From: Trichosphaerium sp. ATCC 40318
Lineage: Eukaryota; Protista; Tubulinea
Direction: 5' to 3'
Assembly: GCA_038496445.1 (NCBI GenBank)
Contig: JALMLS010000562.1
Location: 62,001-126,000, forward strand
DNA: 64,000 bases
Part shown: piece by piece, positions 1 through 13,264 of the stretch
How positions within the stretch are numbered: position 1 is the stretch's first letter
How the letters are laid out: every line of letters starts with the position of its first letter
The notes under the pieces: generated by a model
Told to the model about the DNA's origin: nothing
Seen by the model: the letters and a program-made list of their open reading frames with translations, nothing else
Database searches by the model: none
Position numbers and translations under genes: made by a program

Positions 1-1796
1 CATATACATTTGATAGAGCTCTCACAGTAGCGGCCACAAGCCAAGGGAGACCGAAAATTGACACAACACCTTTAAAAAATGAGTAAGGAAAAACAAGAAG
101 CATGAGTATAGCTACGTACCAATCGCAATACCAACAAGGACCAAGTCCCAATGGAATCCAGGCCGCTTTCTTAGTTTATGTTTTCCAGCATTAACGATCC
201 TAGCAGTGATATTTTGATCCTGAAACGACCAAGTCAGAACAGATAATAGTACAAAAAACAAGGAACCTACCAAATAGACCAGCAATGTTGCAAGGAGCGC
301 AGGAAGTATTGTGGCGAAAATGACCCATTTTTCAATTTTAAAGATGTCAATAAGCCATGGCCTTCCTACAAAAGGGTTTAATATTCATTAAATGAGAAAA
401 TAAAAGGAAAAGTACAGTACCACTAGTTGTTTCAAATGTTTCAGGAATCTGTAGTTTGTTTGTTTCAATATCCCTGAATACGTAGTCCGCTACTGTCAAT
501 AGTATTAACGCAATAACAGGCGCAAAATCTGATATCACAGAGCGGAATAAAGGCATGAGATAACTAAGAAAATCGTAAGCATTTGTGTTGCTACCAAAAA
601 GTAAAAACGTACGGTGACTTTTTGAACTCCTTCAAGAAAACAATCAAGAAATAAGTAACAACAGCCAATATCAGACTCAAAAACGCCTTTGCATTAATAT
701 CTACACCTCCTTCAACAGGCTTCTCCTTAAATCCCTTATAGAGGGCAGAACAAGCTTCATATATGAAAATAATGGATATAAGCGCAGCGAATATCTCATC
801 TGTAAATCGAGTAAAGTACTTGATTAGGTTGCTAGAAAATCACATGTCAATCTTTTTTTTTTGAAATGAAAAAAAAGTAATGACGCCTCACCTCGCATTC
901 GTTACGCCGAGAATAACGCAAAATATACCCGTCCATAATCCCGTCCATGCATAAGCTGGTAAGAAATCGACGTCTAGGGTTTCACAAAGTTGATATAATA
1001 CTTGAGTAAAGAGCAATAGAGGCCCAGTACCTAATTTTAAAAGTTAAAAAAAAACCAACATAGTCTTTGGATTTTTGCGGAGAATTTCTTACCGCCGTAT
1101 ATCGTCAAGGGTTGGGTTGAGAATAAAGCCATAAATACGCCTACTACTGTAGTAGCTAATAACATCTCTATTGTACCGATAGCTTTATGTGTAACCTCTC
1201 CCATTAGACCGCCTAGCGCACGCGTGAGTTAAAAAAAAACTAATGAATACCAAAAAGGATAGTAAAGTTCAACTACGTACCAAAAGCGATAGCAGGCGTA
1301 ATACAAGCGAAGAAAATGTAGAAAATAGAGGCAATCTGCTGCCTTCCCAAACCATCTGTAATGTCAGTCCAATAAACATGAAAACGGCTCTAATCAAGTT
1401 TAGTCACGTGAGCCCACGAATAAAGCAGTTTGGTACACAAAACGCTCCGTAAAGGATAAAATGGTTTGACACGCACGAAATCCTCAAATATGCCTTTAAG
1501 CGGCATCCACGTTGTTCCAAGTACATCACTATTCGTGTAAAGCTTCTGACCAATCACTATAGCGAATGTAAGCTGAGGAAGAACATAAAAGTAACTGTAA
1601 ATTTCAGGCTACATTTGTAGTCGGCATAAAAGATACATTTTAGCGTGGTAGTGCGCTACGTGCCTACTATGTTCATATCATCGTCTATGTCGCTATTGTC
1701 GTCAAGTTTAACTACAGTGCTATCGGCAAGTAAAGCCTTTCGTTCACCGGACGAATCAGAGCTACTGGTGGACTCCTTAGCGTCAGTTGTTGCCAT
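1..1796 (-). CDS. SLC4/BOR1-family bicarbonate/borate transporter, multi-exon, 3' end beyond window
   Basis: Spliced translation gives YWTDITDG..QQIASIFYIFFACITPAIAFGGL, QPLTIYGGTGP and NLIKYFTRFTDEIFAALISIIFIYEA, which are HCO3_cotransp motifs; ATG at 1796. Confidence 0.9.
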
Positions 1797-1960
1797 GTTT
1801 GTTAATAACGCCTTTCAAATCAGAAGTGAGGATGTATGAGAGCCGCAGCGTGAGGTGTACTAAATTCTGCAAACAGACGAATAAATTAAATTGTTTTCAC
1901 GCAATCCTAAAGGTCCACGCTTAGTCAAGAACCATAAATTGTATTCTTATAACCTCTAAC

Positions 1961-2924
1961 ATGGATCCCAGTGGCTGTTACCCAAATCCGTACTCGGTAT
2001 GTACATAATTGTAAATTTGCTCTAAAACTCTTTAAACCTCTGTATTTTATCTTAATTGCTGTAGAGAGGACCACCTCCTCAATATCCACCGCCTGCGTAC
2101 CTGCAAGGACGCGTAAACCCTGGTGCACTCCCTCCGCTTGGTCCACAAGTAGTACCTGCTCCAAAGCCTGCAAAAAGAAAGGGAGGCAAATCTCAAGTCG
2201 TTTTAGGCCCAGACGTACGTCTCTACACTTTTCTTTGCCAAAGCGTTATTTCATTATTTTATTCACCAAAAACAGATACCGTGACTAAATTTCGCGTCCA
2301 GTAATTGTATTAACGAATAATTTAGGGTAAACCTGAAAAAAAATATTACCGCAAAGGAGGTGAAGATAAATGGGAGGATTCATCTCTTTCCGAATGGCCA
2401 GAAGGTATGTTTAAACAATCAACCACATTTGCAGCGAAACAGATTTGTTTATGTAGTGTAGCTGACACTTTGGTAAAATATTAAAATTATTTACTAACTG
2501 GTACTGTGCAGATGATTTCAGGATTTTTGTTGGTGATCTTGGTAACGATTGTACAAATTCCATGTTATACGAAGCATTTGAAAAGTATAAGTCTCTTGCA
2601 AAAGCCAAAGTCGTGCGAGACAAGCTCACACGCAAAACAAAAGGCTATGGCTTTGTAAGTTTCTTGGATCCGCATGATTTTGTAAAAGCGCTCAGAGAAA
2701 TGAATGGTGCGTTACTCAAAAAGCCTTCAATTCGAGATTAGAATTGTACTTGAAAACTCATTTTATGCATTGTAGGTAAATATATTGGCGCCAGACCATG
2801 CAAATTACGCAAGAGCCGATGGCAAGAACGCACAGATAGTACCAGAGTAACAAAGTATAACAAATGGGCGAAACGAACAGCTAGACGCTCCACAAAACAA
2901 AAGAAACATAAACCTTTATTCTAA
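1961..2924 (+). CDS. RBM42: RRM protein RBM42 (tri-snRNP associated), 5 exons
   Basis: WEDSSLSEWPEDDFRIFVGDLGND...KTKGYGFVSFLDP...ALREMNGKYIGARPCKLRKSRW after removing 4 GT-AG introns. Confidence 0.9.
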
Positions 2925-3155
2925 GTTGCTTATTAAAAAAAAAAGCGGCCACGTGACTGTAATAAAGCTTGTACAGTAAAGATATTCTTCTCGAAATTTT
3001 GACACTTACTTTACGCTCAAGGGGCATTCTAGCTGTGTAAGTGCATTAAACTGCAAAACAATGTTTGTAGTGTTCTGTCCGACTCGTTCAAGCACGCATT
3101 AAGCAGCAACACGTTCACTAATAAGTCACTTTTAAGCAAACATTTTACAATCACC

Positions 3156-3470
3156 ATGGAAGAGCGTGTCAAAGCTGCTGAGCGCACTATTGTCGAACAA
3201 AACGAACAAATCAGGCAATTGGAGGATATGGTTGCAAAATTGTCGCATTATGAGTTACCAGCGGTTCAAGTAGCGCCTGCCAACAATGAAGTACGTATTT
3301 ATGGCAAAATACCGCTTATTAGATTTCAGAATGAGGAAAAGCTCAAAGAGCAAATACAGAAGCAAAAGAGGAGAATAAAGCACTTAATACGCTCATTAGA
3401 GGTAATTTTTTTATTCCACACTTTAATAACAATAATATAGGCTGAGGAAGCTAAAAACCAAGGCAAATAA
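3156..3470 (+). CDS. Small two-helix coiled-coil protein resembling the N-terminal leucine-zipper extension of arginyl-tRNA synthetase, 3 exons
   Basis: MEERVKAAERTIVEQNEQIRQLEDMVAKL...EEKLKEQIQKQKRRIKHLIRSLEAEEAKNQGK*; introns start at 3291 and about 3402. Confidence 0.6.
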
Positions 3471-3723
3471 GTAAATTGTAGCGTTAAAAACATCTTTAAA
3501 CACTCTTTTTGGTCTTGTGATTAAAGTGGACTAATGTTCGACCGTTAACAATTGTCAGTCTTGTTTTATTGCGCTAGGCGCATGTCAATTTAATTGCCTG
3601 TACCATTACCTGTCAAATGTCAGAAATAACATGAGCTTTTGACAGACAAAGTCATGCGAAGATTTACATTGCCAAAAACTTAAAAAGCAAAAAAAAGGCA
3701 GTACTCGCACCAACTAAAACCCC

Positions 3724-6417
3724 ATGTCGTTCCAAATATTCGACATAAAAGCCGACGGTTTAGTCTCTGGACCAGGCAAAAAGAAATGTACTACATGGAC
3801 CTTGGCAGTTTTGATGAATGGGGAGCGTTGGTCTTTGGGGCATTTTGTAACTAAGTCCGACCTCAAGCGAATTATGAATAATAAGAAATTAAACAGTCGC
3901 CTTGACAACCAAGCAAAGAAACGAGACGATTCGAAAAACGAGAACTGGTACGCCCCATTTGTAATGTAAACGCGCCAATATTATGGTCAGAGCGTTTTGG
4001 GTATAATTTAAGGGTCAAAACGCCAAAATATTTGTTTAACAACACGTTGCAAAGATTACTAAAACAGACTTGAATTTTTACATTATGTAAGGTTTGAAAT
4101 ATTAAAGTGGAAACGAGACGATTGTGCAAATGGAATTAGTGTATACGAAAAGTTGAAAAAAAACGATGCTATATGCCCTCAGAACCCTGGCACTACAACC
4201 TTTCTTCGCTTGAATAAGGCAGTTGACATTCTCAATGGGAAGTTTAATTTGCAGGTGGATTTACAACGGAGTACGTCTTAAACAGCGTTGGTCTGTTATC
4301 TAAGGTATTCTTTAGCGCCTATTCCTGGATTTACACCTGATGATCCACCTTTTAACCCAAACACGTCATTTCGTGGTACGTCAGTGCACCTCAGCGCGTA
4401 AAAATGTAAAGATAAATAATTCATCCTAAAAGGTCACAACACACTTCGCAATAGCATGAATCAATATGTTGGAAGTGATTGTGCATCATCTCCGTCATCG
4501 CCAGACTCTATGGGTACATTCTCTTTTACCAATTGTTTTCTTTCTTGCCTGATTTGCTCATTTTTTCGAAATTAGACTTTGTTGACGCGTCGTGGGGTCA
4601 AAGTAATACGTTAGAGCAACCTCAAGATAATTTGGACGCTTACAGACGTGATACGTTTTTATCAGATGTTTGTCCTTATTTCCCACCGCCTGTTTACACT
4701 GGTACGAGTTAATGGTCAGATATTTTTCGGTGAATATAGCCACTCGTGTCACCGAGTTTGTTTTTGAAAATTAAAACTAGGCCTCCGTTTTATGCAATTA
4801 AACGTTTTTTTTGCATTTTTCATAAAAACTCGCTTTGTGTTAGCACTTTTTTTGTGTTTATTTCTCAACCGTTAGAAAGCAAAATTTATGTCTTCTAATG
4901 TATGGTTTCTATAAATAACAGTTACTTGTAGAAGGACCAAAGGTGGAGACTCAACAAGAGATGCACGCTCGTAAACGTCAACGTGTTGAATATAACAAGC
5001 ACGTGCTTACTGCATTAATTAATTTAACATTTTATAGCGGGTATGGTTTGCTCACACCAAAGCGAGAGTTCACAAGTAGAGAAAATGTCTTTCACGTGCA
5101 GGTACGTTAAAGCCAGTGCAGTAAAAACGAAGCCATTTGGTGAAGAGTTTTTTTTTCTTTCGATTATTTTGCTTAATTGTCTGTCAGGATAAAGCAGTGT
5201 TTGAGAGAACCGTACAAATTAATGATATTGTATACGCTCACAACTTCAGACGTACTTCAGATATGAGAGCAAAGACTGATATTGTTGGTATAAAGAATCC
5301 TATGGATACAGTTAGACAGTTGGAAGGAAAGTGGGCCTCTTGGAATACTGAAAGATTTCCAAATCTTCCAGCAGATAAGCGTTTTATGTGTTTCATAGCA
5401 CAAGACTTGAAGAAAGTAGTACCTGAACTCGTGGAAAAGGATCCTGAAACTAAACTATACAACGTTAATGATCAAGTATCGCCACTTTTAGTGGAAGCTG
5501 TTAAGCATGTTGACAATGATGTTGAGCACTTAAAACAACAGGTTAAAGATGCTAGGCGAGAGCGTGATGCTATGAAAAAGGAAAGGGATATAATGGCTTT
5601 AAAGGTTGATCAAGTCGTTGAACAAGTTCAACAACAGAGTACGTTCTGTTTTTTTACAACAAAGTTTTACTAATTTTCTTCAGATGAGCGTATGGCACAG
5701 CTAGAAGATCGTATGGCTACACAAGGTCAACCTTGGAACACTAAATCAGTAGGCCGGTTGTATAACAACAACTGGATCTTTTTACTTCGCGTTTTTGGCA
5801 TTGTACGTTTAAGAGTCTTTCAGCACAACCAATAGTTTTGGCTCGCAATTCTGTCGTGGTTGACCACTGCGACGAAAACCATTATTTTTTTACATTTGTG
5901 GTTAAATGACACGTGCTAATTATGTGTTTAGTTGCTTCTACAAAAATCGAGCAATGGCATCTCTAAGGTTGCTACAAACCCATTCCAACTTCTTGCTTTA
6001 CTTGTCTTCAATATTGTTTTATGTGCGTTTTGGATATTCCTCAAGTTCAGGAAGAATAGAATGGATAGAGAAGAACCTGGAAAGAGGGAACCTCATAATG
6101 TTTTCTCGTTCGCTTTTTATAATATTCTCATGACTTTTGTTATTTTGAACGTTTTGGGCTTTGCTATAATGGGTGGCTTTAAGTTCTATGCTGCAGTATG
6201 TTGTTTGGTTCTTGGTGGTTTATTCTGGGTTATATATAACCTTTATACTGATAAGAAGATGTTTTTCGGACGGTGTTGTTCTGTCATTCTTGATTTGAAT
6301 TTCTTCTTTTTTATGAGTACGTATCGTCTTTTCTTTCTCGTTTTCTTCGAGTTCTCCTTTGGTTATAGTTTGCTAATTTTTTTTTTAGTGTTTGTTTAAG
6401 GTCATGGATCAGGTTAG
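3724..6417 (+). CDS. Peptidase_S74 (intramolecular chaperone autoprocessing) domain membrane protein with MYRF-like layout
   Basis: All introns splice in phase. Order: basic N-domain, Ser/Pro linker, RKRQR, FRRT-SDMRAK...CFIAQD..VPELV...LLVEAVK, coiled coil, about 4 hydrophobic segments; stop at 6415-6417. Confidence 0.8.
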
Positions 6418-6753
6418 GATTTGGTGCTAGTTTGCTGATTGCAACTTAACTTTTTTTTTTGTTGATAAAGTGTGTAAATATAATTAATGGTATAAGAAAA
6501 TGTTGCTGTTTTGTAATTACTTCTTTGTTCCTTTCTACATCCCTCAAGTGTCAAATGACACTTGTGCGCCATGCAATCTAAAGAGTGCCAAACCAAAGGT
6601 CAAAAGGTTTCGTAAACTGAATAATCTCTGAATTGATAAGCATTCTTCTTTTGGTGAGCGGCTTCCTTTTACAACAAGATTTACTGTCAAAGAGACTGAG
6701 AAGGACTGCGAATACTTCCCTTTTGGAAATAACATCACACTACAACACTAAGG

Positions 6754-9098
6754 GATGTTTTGGAAGCACCGTGCTTTGTTGAACAAAACAACAAAAGATG
6801 ATGATACGCCAACGCCTGGTTACCTCTACAACGACATAAATAAGATATCCTTTTGAATAACGCTGTAGAACCGTTTTATAAAACCTTTTTGGATCCTTAA
6901 CACTCACAAATCACGTTTGAAAGCCCATTAGAATGCACAAAGGTTATAAACTTCTTACTGACGAAGGTGACGAAGAACAACAGCGGTCGACGAAGGTTTG
7001 TGGTTAAAACTAACTCTAAAATGCCCTAACTACGCTCTCATAGTCCAGCCGTCAACCTAAAATGCTTGATGATAATGCGGCATACACTACAAAATGGCAG
7101 TGCGCAATTCCATAGAGAACTATCGTCGCGATCCGATGTTATACGACAGTGCTCAAGTACGCACTAAAACACTCTGTCCTTTTTTGCTTAATTTATTTTT
7201 TCTAGCTTTCCGAGGACCACCACACCCATTGCATGGAGATGCACCGTACAAGATGGTTAGAGAACAAGCTCAGGTACATAATATCAGCCATTCGGTGTAT
7301 ATTGACTTTTTTTTTTGAAAAGCTTGTGCTGAATTTGTTGTTTGCGAGTACCCCTACGCGTGCAGATCCAAACCAAGGCCGTCCAACACAATATCAACCC
7401 ACAAAACAGATGGACGCCATGGGAGGCGGATATCCAAGTGGTGCTGGCAAAGTAAGTAATGGCTCACAGAAAACGTACTCTGGTATTGGAAACACCAATT
7501 TTAAACCCAATGGAGACAGTTCATTACGTGGTAAAATTCAAGAGGGTATAGACAGAACAGGTCGCATGCTACATAGATCTGTTACAAAGTCATCTTCCCG
7601 TAAGCCAGGTAGCAATATTGGAGGCTCACCTAGCACGAATTATACTTCTCCTCAAATGCGTGGTGCGTCTGCGTTTACACAATCCAACAGCGGAAGTATT
7701 CATAATGTAGTACCACCAAGTGCACAATTACCAGAAGTTGGTACGTCGCCCAGTTGTCAAAAGAGATTTTTTTTTTGTTTATTGTTATCCTCATTTTGTG
7801 TTAAAGGACCAAGATCAAAAGGACAACCTATGGGCGGTTGGGGCGCCGCACGTTGCTCACATACAAACATTGAGGCTTCAGGGTCGTCACACTTGGAAAC
7901 AACTATATTAAAGATGACTGGAGCGGGTGGTGTTCGTAGCACTCCATCAACAAGTGATATGAATAAATTTGCTCGTCTTCTTGCTGAGAATACAGAACAT
8001 CTTGAAATCCTTGATATACTTATTAATATCATAGAAACAAGCCGCAGCTGGCAATCTAAATTAGTACGTTTTACCGTTTTGTTCTTAGCCTATGCATTCA
8101 GCTCCTAACAATTTTTTAACAGAAAAGTTTACACTACTTAGAACGCATGACACGTGTATCAACAGACATAGATTACTCGTATATTATTCCAGTACTACAA
8201 GAGAATTCTACCAGTGTACAGAAATCCATATGTGAAAAATGTAAAAAGGTAATGCAATGGAAGTACAATTTTAATCAAAACCCAATACTAACATTGCGAA
8301 GATCTTAAGGCGAGTTTCACCAGATCAACACGCTGTGCCGGATGCCACACCACCAGATATTGGCGTACTCAACGTGGGTCCAGCTCAAACCACTGCACCA
8401 GTGGTTGGCACTATGGAGTATCAGCTTGATGATCCTACAGATGAATTTGTACGTCTTGTCATAAGTTCTAGAAAAAAGTTTTCTCATTGACAATCAAGAT
8501 TGACGAGGAAGCCTCTGAAGCAGCTGAATTATTTGCTGGACTCAGCGTTGGCGATAACCAATCTCCTTCAGTACAACCACCTGTAGTAGCACATCAAGTT
8601 GCTAAGCCTCCACTGGCTGCTGTCGTACAACCAAGAGCTGTTGTACACACTTCGCCTTCACCAACTCCTCCAACAAACGCAGAAAGTCTTATATTATTTC
8701 ATGACGACGTTCAGACAAACAACCAAGTACAGACACCAACTACCCTACCTGCGGATCTTCAAGGATTACAATTCGATCCTCTCCAACAACAAACACCTAG
8801 TTATGAACATAAACGCAACTCAGTTCAGAGCCTTATAAATGGAGGAATGACTGCTCCTCCGCAAGTGGCTTATGGTGGACAAGTACAATACAGTCACCAT
8901 CCTCAATATACACAACAACATCAACAACAACACAACAACCCACAATACTCCAATTGGCAACGCATGAATGTCGTTAAAAATCGTCAAACTTCTACTATCA
9001 GGTTACAAGTCAAAGGAGACTCTAATGGTGTTGGTGGCACAGCGTCATCTCTAAACTCTTTTTCTTTTGTTCAAGATGAACTAAAGGCACACCAATAG
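6754..9098 (+). CDS. TEPSIN: Tepsin (AP-4 accessory protein, ENTH + VHS-like domains)
   Basis: LLNKTTKDDDTPTPGYLYNDINKITFES...FRGPPHPLHGDAPYKMVREQAQ; second domain contains TGAGGVRSTP. Confidence 0.85.
6845..6909 (+). other. U12-type (minor spliceosome) intron in tepsin
   Basis: 5' ATATCCTTTT at 6845 and branch box TCCTTAAC at 6894-6901; removing 65 nt restores NK-ITFES. Confidence 0.85.
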
Positions 9099-9354
9099 GC
9101 ACTGTGCACGCTGTTATATTCTTGTACTACAAAAAAAAATACCCGTTTACTATTTACCCGTTTCTTCCCGTCAATGTCGTCATTTTAACGCTTGACCACG
9201 ATGTTACCCGAATTTCAGTGCACACGATACCCGTAAAGCAACTACGGAAGTGTTTGCCGTTATTTTACGTATAAGTCACAATAAAACTACAAATCCAGCG
9301 CCGAGTTTGTCGGCCAATTTCATTTTTTTTTGAATCATTATCCAAAAGCAACAC

Positions 9355-12347
9355 ATGTCGAAACAGGGCCAGGTGCACATCGTAGTACAGAGAGCCAACG
9401 GCGCATTCGGCAAAAACACGGGTACGGCCCCAAATTTTCCCGTATATTATCTAAATGATGCCCAAAGAGCGTCTTAAGTACTGTATAATATCTGTTGGTG
9501 CTCCTGATCAAAAAAAATCTAAAAAAAAGGCTAACCTAAGCACACAGCAAAGAAAACAACCTAGAGCACGTATTTAAACTGTATAAAATAACACTAACAT
9601 GTTTTTGGTAGTGGAACGAGTCCTTCTATATTTATGCGGTTGACAGACGCCAACCTATATTCATTCAACTGATGGCGGCCCACACGCTCGATCTCGTATC
9701 CAGAAAAGACCACCTCGTTGGAGCAGCAATAATTGATACATCAAGACTCCCTTCTAACAAAACTAAGTCCCTCACACTAAAACTTCGCGTAAGCAACACC
9801 ATTTGTTACCCCTTTTTGAATTTTTTTTTTTTTCACGTGGGTGTACACTATGTACTAACATACTTTTCCCAAAGGACAATAAACGTGGCGGTGAGTTACT
9901 TGTAAAAGTGAAATATACGCCATGGAAACTGGATATCCCGTCATCTGTAAATTTTACACCCCAAGTGCCACTGTGGTCAGTATTCACTACGGGTAACTGT
10001 TACACTGTTGGCAAGGTATTGGAAATTCATTTCTAGCTATAAAATAGTTACTAACCTGTCAAAATAGCCTATCACTGGTTACATCGCATTTCATTGTTTC
10101 AAACCTATAAAGATATCAGGTGTTGGAGGTACTTCCCTTATTTATTGGAGGGTTGTGTTTAATTTTTATTTTAGTTCATTGGCTTGGCTGCAGCCTAGAT
10201 AAAACTCGTGTACCGACCCACTATCATTTAAACACAAGGTTTCTACTTTACAACCCTGGGGACACAAAAGTTGTACGTACAATGAACAAGATTAACAAAA
10301 AAACTCTCAAAACCCATAAAACGAAGAGAAAAACAAAAAGTAACCTCTGACAATTGTTTTAGTGTGGATTAGATGTAGGCACATATATCTGGCCTTTCAG
10401 CTTCACAATACCGCATACAATGCCTCCAACCTCTTCTACTATTGCTTATAGATGTAAAATATTCGTTCAAGTTGCAGGCAAAAATCCTGTTGAGATCAAG
10501 TCTAGCGTACAAATTAATCTCACTTAATCCTTAAACTAATGTCAATCTTTAGACGTTTTTGAAAGTGCTAGGTGCTCCTCCATCCGCTCAGTTCGATACA
10601 AGTGGTGCACTAGCTGTACCAGCTGCTCAAGGGCGACAACTAGCCCAAGCAAGACTTTCTTCAGGTCCTAGGCAATCATCTCCTAAGCGTGTAAACTCCA
10701 CTCCAAGTAAATCACCTACTCGTGGAATGCCGCTAGCAAATAAAAATCCACTTTCTATTTCAGTGGATCATTGTACGACATGATTGTTTTTTAATCGAAT
10801 TATTTGAGCTGACAAGTTTGTTAGTTGATGCTAGCTTCATTATAGACCCATCTGAACTTGAACTTGGTCATGTAATAGGTCAAGGAGGTTACGCTTCTGT
10901 TTATCAGGCTTCTTGGCGTGGAACAGGTATTTTTGGAATTTTTGTTCAACCACTAAAGAGGTGTTGTTTTCTTACGCAGTTCTTGCTTAGATGTGGCTGT
11001 AAAAAAGCTCGTATTTCAAAACGCTATGAACGATATTGTCCGTAAGGATTTTATAAATGAAGTGTCTTTAGTTCAAAAGTACGTAGTGTTGAAAGAAAGA
11101 GGCCGAGGACCTCTTTATTTTCTTACATAAAATTATGATCAAATTCTCATATTTTAAAAAAAAGGCTTCGGCATCCAAATATAGTTCAATTGTTGGGCGT
11201 TAGCGTCGTTGGCAATGAAGCTTGGATTGTTATGGAGTGGATGGTAAAAGGCTCTCTATACAACATATATACCTCACCTAATTACGTACGTTTAACTATC
11301 GAACTAAACAAGATTTTTGGGTTTTTTATCTGACAAGTTTATAAATAGGTGGAATGGGCTACAATGCTTGCCTATCTTATTGATGTTGCAAAAGGAATGT
11401 GTTATTTACATGGAAACAAGCCACCTGTTATACATAGGGATTTAAAGTCTGTTAATTTGTTGGTGGATGACGGTAACAGAGTAAAGGTAAGGTTTTGGTT
11501 TAAAACAGAGGTCAAAGAGCGTTTGTTGATTAGTATGTGGTAGATTACCGATTTTGGGATTAGCAAGAGCGTTACTCAGAAAAATATGCTTACTGCACAG
11601 CGTGGAACCTACCATTGGATGGCCCCAGAGGTATTTAATGGGAGTGGTACGTCATTGTTTATAGTCTTTGTTCCTAATGGATTTATTTAGCATACACACT
11701 AAAAGCCGACGTGTTTTCTTTTGCAATAGTATCGTGGGAGCTACTCAACAGATCGGTACAATATAATAAAACTAAACGCGAATACTCACGCCTCAATTTA
11801 GCTTCCGTATCTTGGTATGGAACCAATCACAGTTGTTAATCAAGTATCTAATGGTTTGAGGCCACCAAGGAATTCATGGGTAAGAGAAGCCTCATTCTCT
11901 TACAATGAACATCAGTTGTTAACTTACTATTCTTTTAGCTACCTCCTGACATGCAAAACCTAATGGAAGAGTGTTGGGCTCATGATCCAGCGGACAGACC
12001 ATCATTTCTTGCTATCTTGAAGAGATTACTTGCTCTGGAACCTACAGCGCACTACTTTAGACCGCCACTTCCAGGGAGTGAACCCTTTTCAAAGGTGCCT
12101 TCACCTATAGACACACCACCAAAAGGGCCACCAAAAGTACCGCCAAGGGTAAGATACAAACCTTTTCTAATTGCTCGGCACATCCCTTACTCACAACCAT
12201 CATTAGAAGCTTGTTAAAGTTTCTCAGATAATCTCCACTGGCGATATTGCAACTGAGGAACCAGAACCTCCGCCAAAGCCACAGCCTCAACATAAGAATC
12301 ACAAGAAATTACAAAGGAAAAAAGGTATAAAGCGCCTTTCAAATTAG
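9355..12347 (+). CDS. C2 domain + arrestin-N-like domain + tyrosine-kinase-like (TKL) protein kinase
   Basis: C2: [11 protein letters not shown]. Arrestin-like: [18 protein letters not shown]. Kinase: [33 protein letters not shown]. Pro-rich tail. Confidence 0.85.
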
Positions 12348-13264
12348 ACGAATGTGAACGCTATTTAAAAAACTAAACAAATAACCCTGTAAATAAACGT
12401 TATGTGTACATACAAATCATTCACTTATGCAGATTGTGCATTTGTAGACAAAGTTGTGAGCACTAGTGAAACAGACGGGTTGCAAATAGCGATACCGTTT
12501 TTTTTGCGCGCGTTTAGCGCGGGAATGTAAGAATTTTGGTGTAAACGATGCGAAATGAACAGTTGGAGAAAAAGATGTTACACGTATCGCAGTTTAATGC
12601 GTGTTTGTTGTTACCGCTTGTGCACAGTGGCTTACATATCTAAACAGATAAATGTTGCCATTTAATACCAAAAAAATTGTATTTCAAGCCCTCACACTCT
12701 CGCTCGCTCTGAATATAATTTTACTACGCGTAGTGGTGAATTTTAAAGCATATATAGCGAAACGAGTAGTGTGGTGGGTGGAATTCAAAAGCAAGTTGGT
12801 TTGTATTTTTAGTACGTATTTTTGTATGACGGTGTGTAAACGCGGTATATACGCGTAAACTATAGTTGAAGGTATCGTGGTTTGTATAATCGGCGGAGTT
12901 ACTAATTTGGTGGCAGAGCCATCGAAGTTGAGGCAGTATACTTTGCCATGCAAATCTGTGCAGCGTAAAGATGTATTTTACGCTTGTTTTATCGCTAAAG
13001 GCACCTCTGGGCGGAGAGGAATGTGGAATTTGCTGGGGTAATTTCAGGTTTTGCGTGTCAGAGTTTTAAACAAACAAAACTACCCGAGACGCATATCAAC
13101 GCTTCCTCAGGTACGATACCTTCCTTTAAACCAAGTTTGCTTTAAACCGTTTCGGTAGTTTACACTAACGGCAAACGGGTGTTTCTAAACCACTTCTCTA
13201 CTTATTATACATACTTACAACACATTAGGCTACAGTTTACATTTTTTACTAACGAACTGAGATC

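Noticed and set aside
12400-13100. ORFs 12652-12858 and 12684-12953 as genes
   Set aside because: No recognisable motifs or consistent splice model; probably promoter/UTR of the F-box gene
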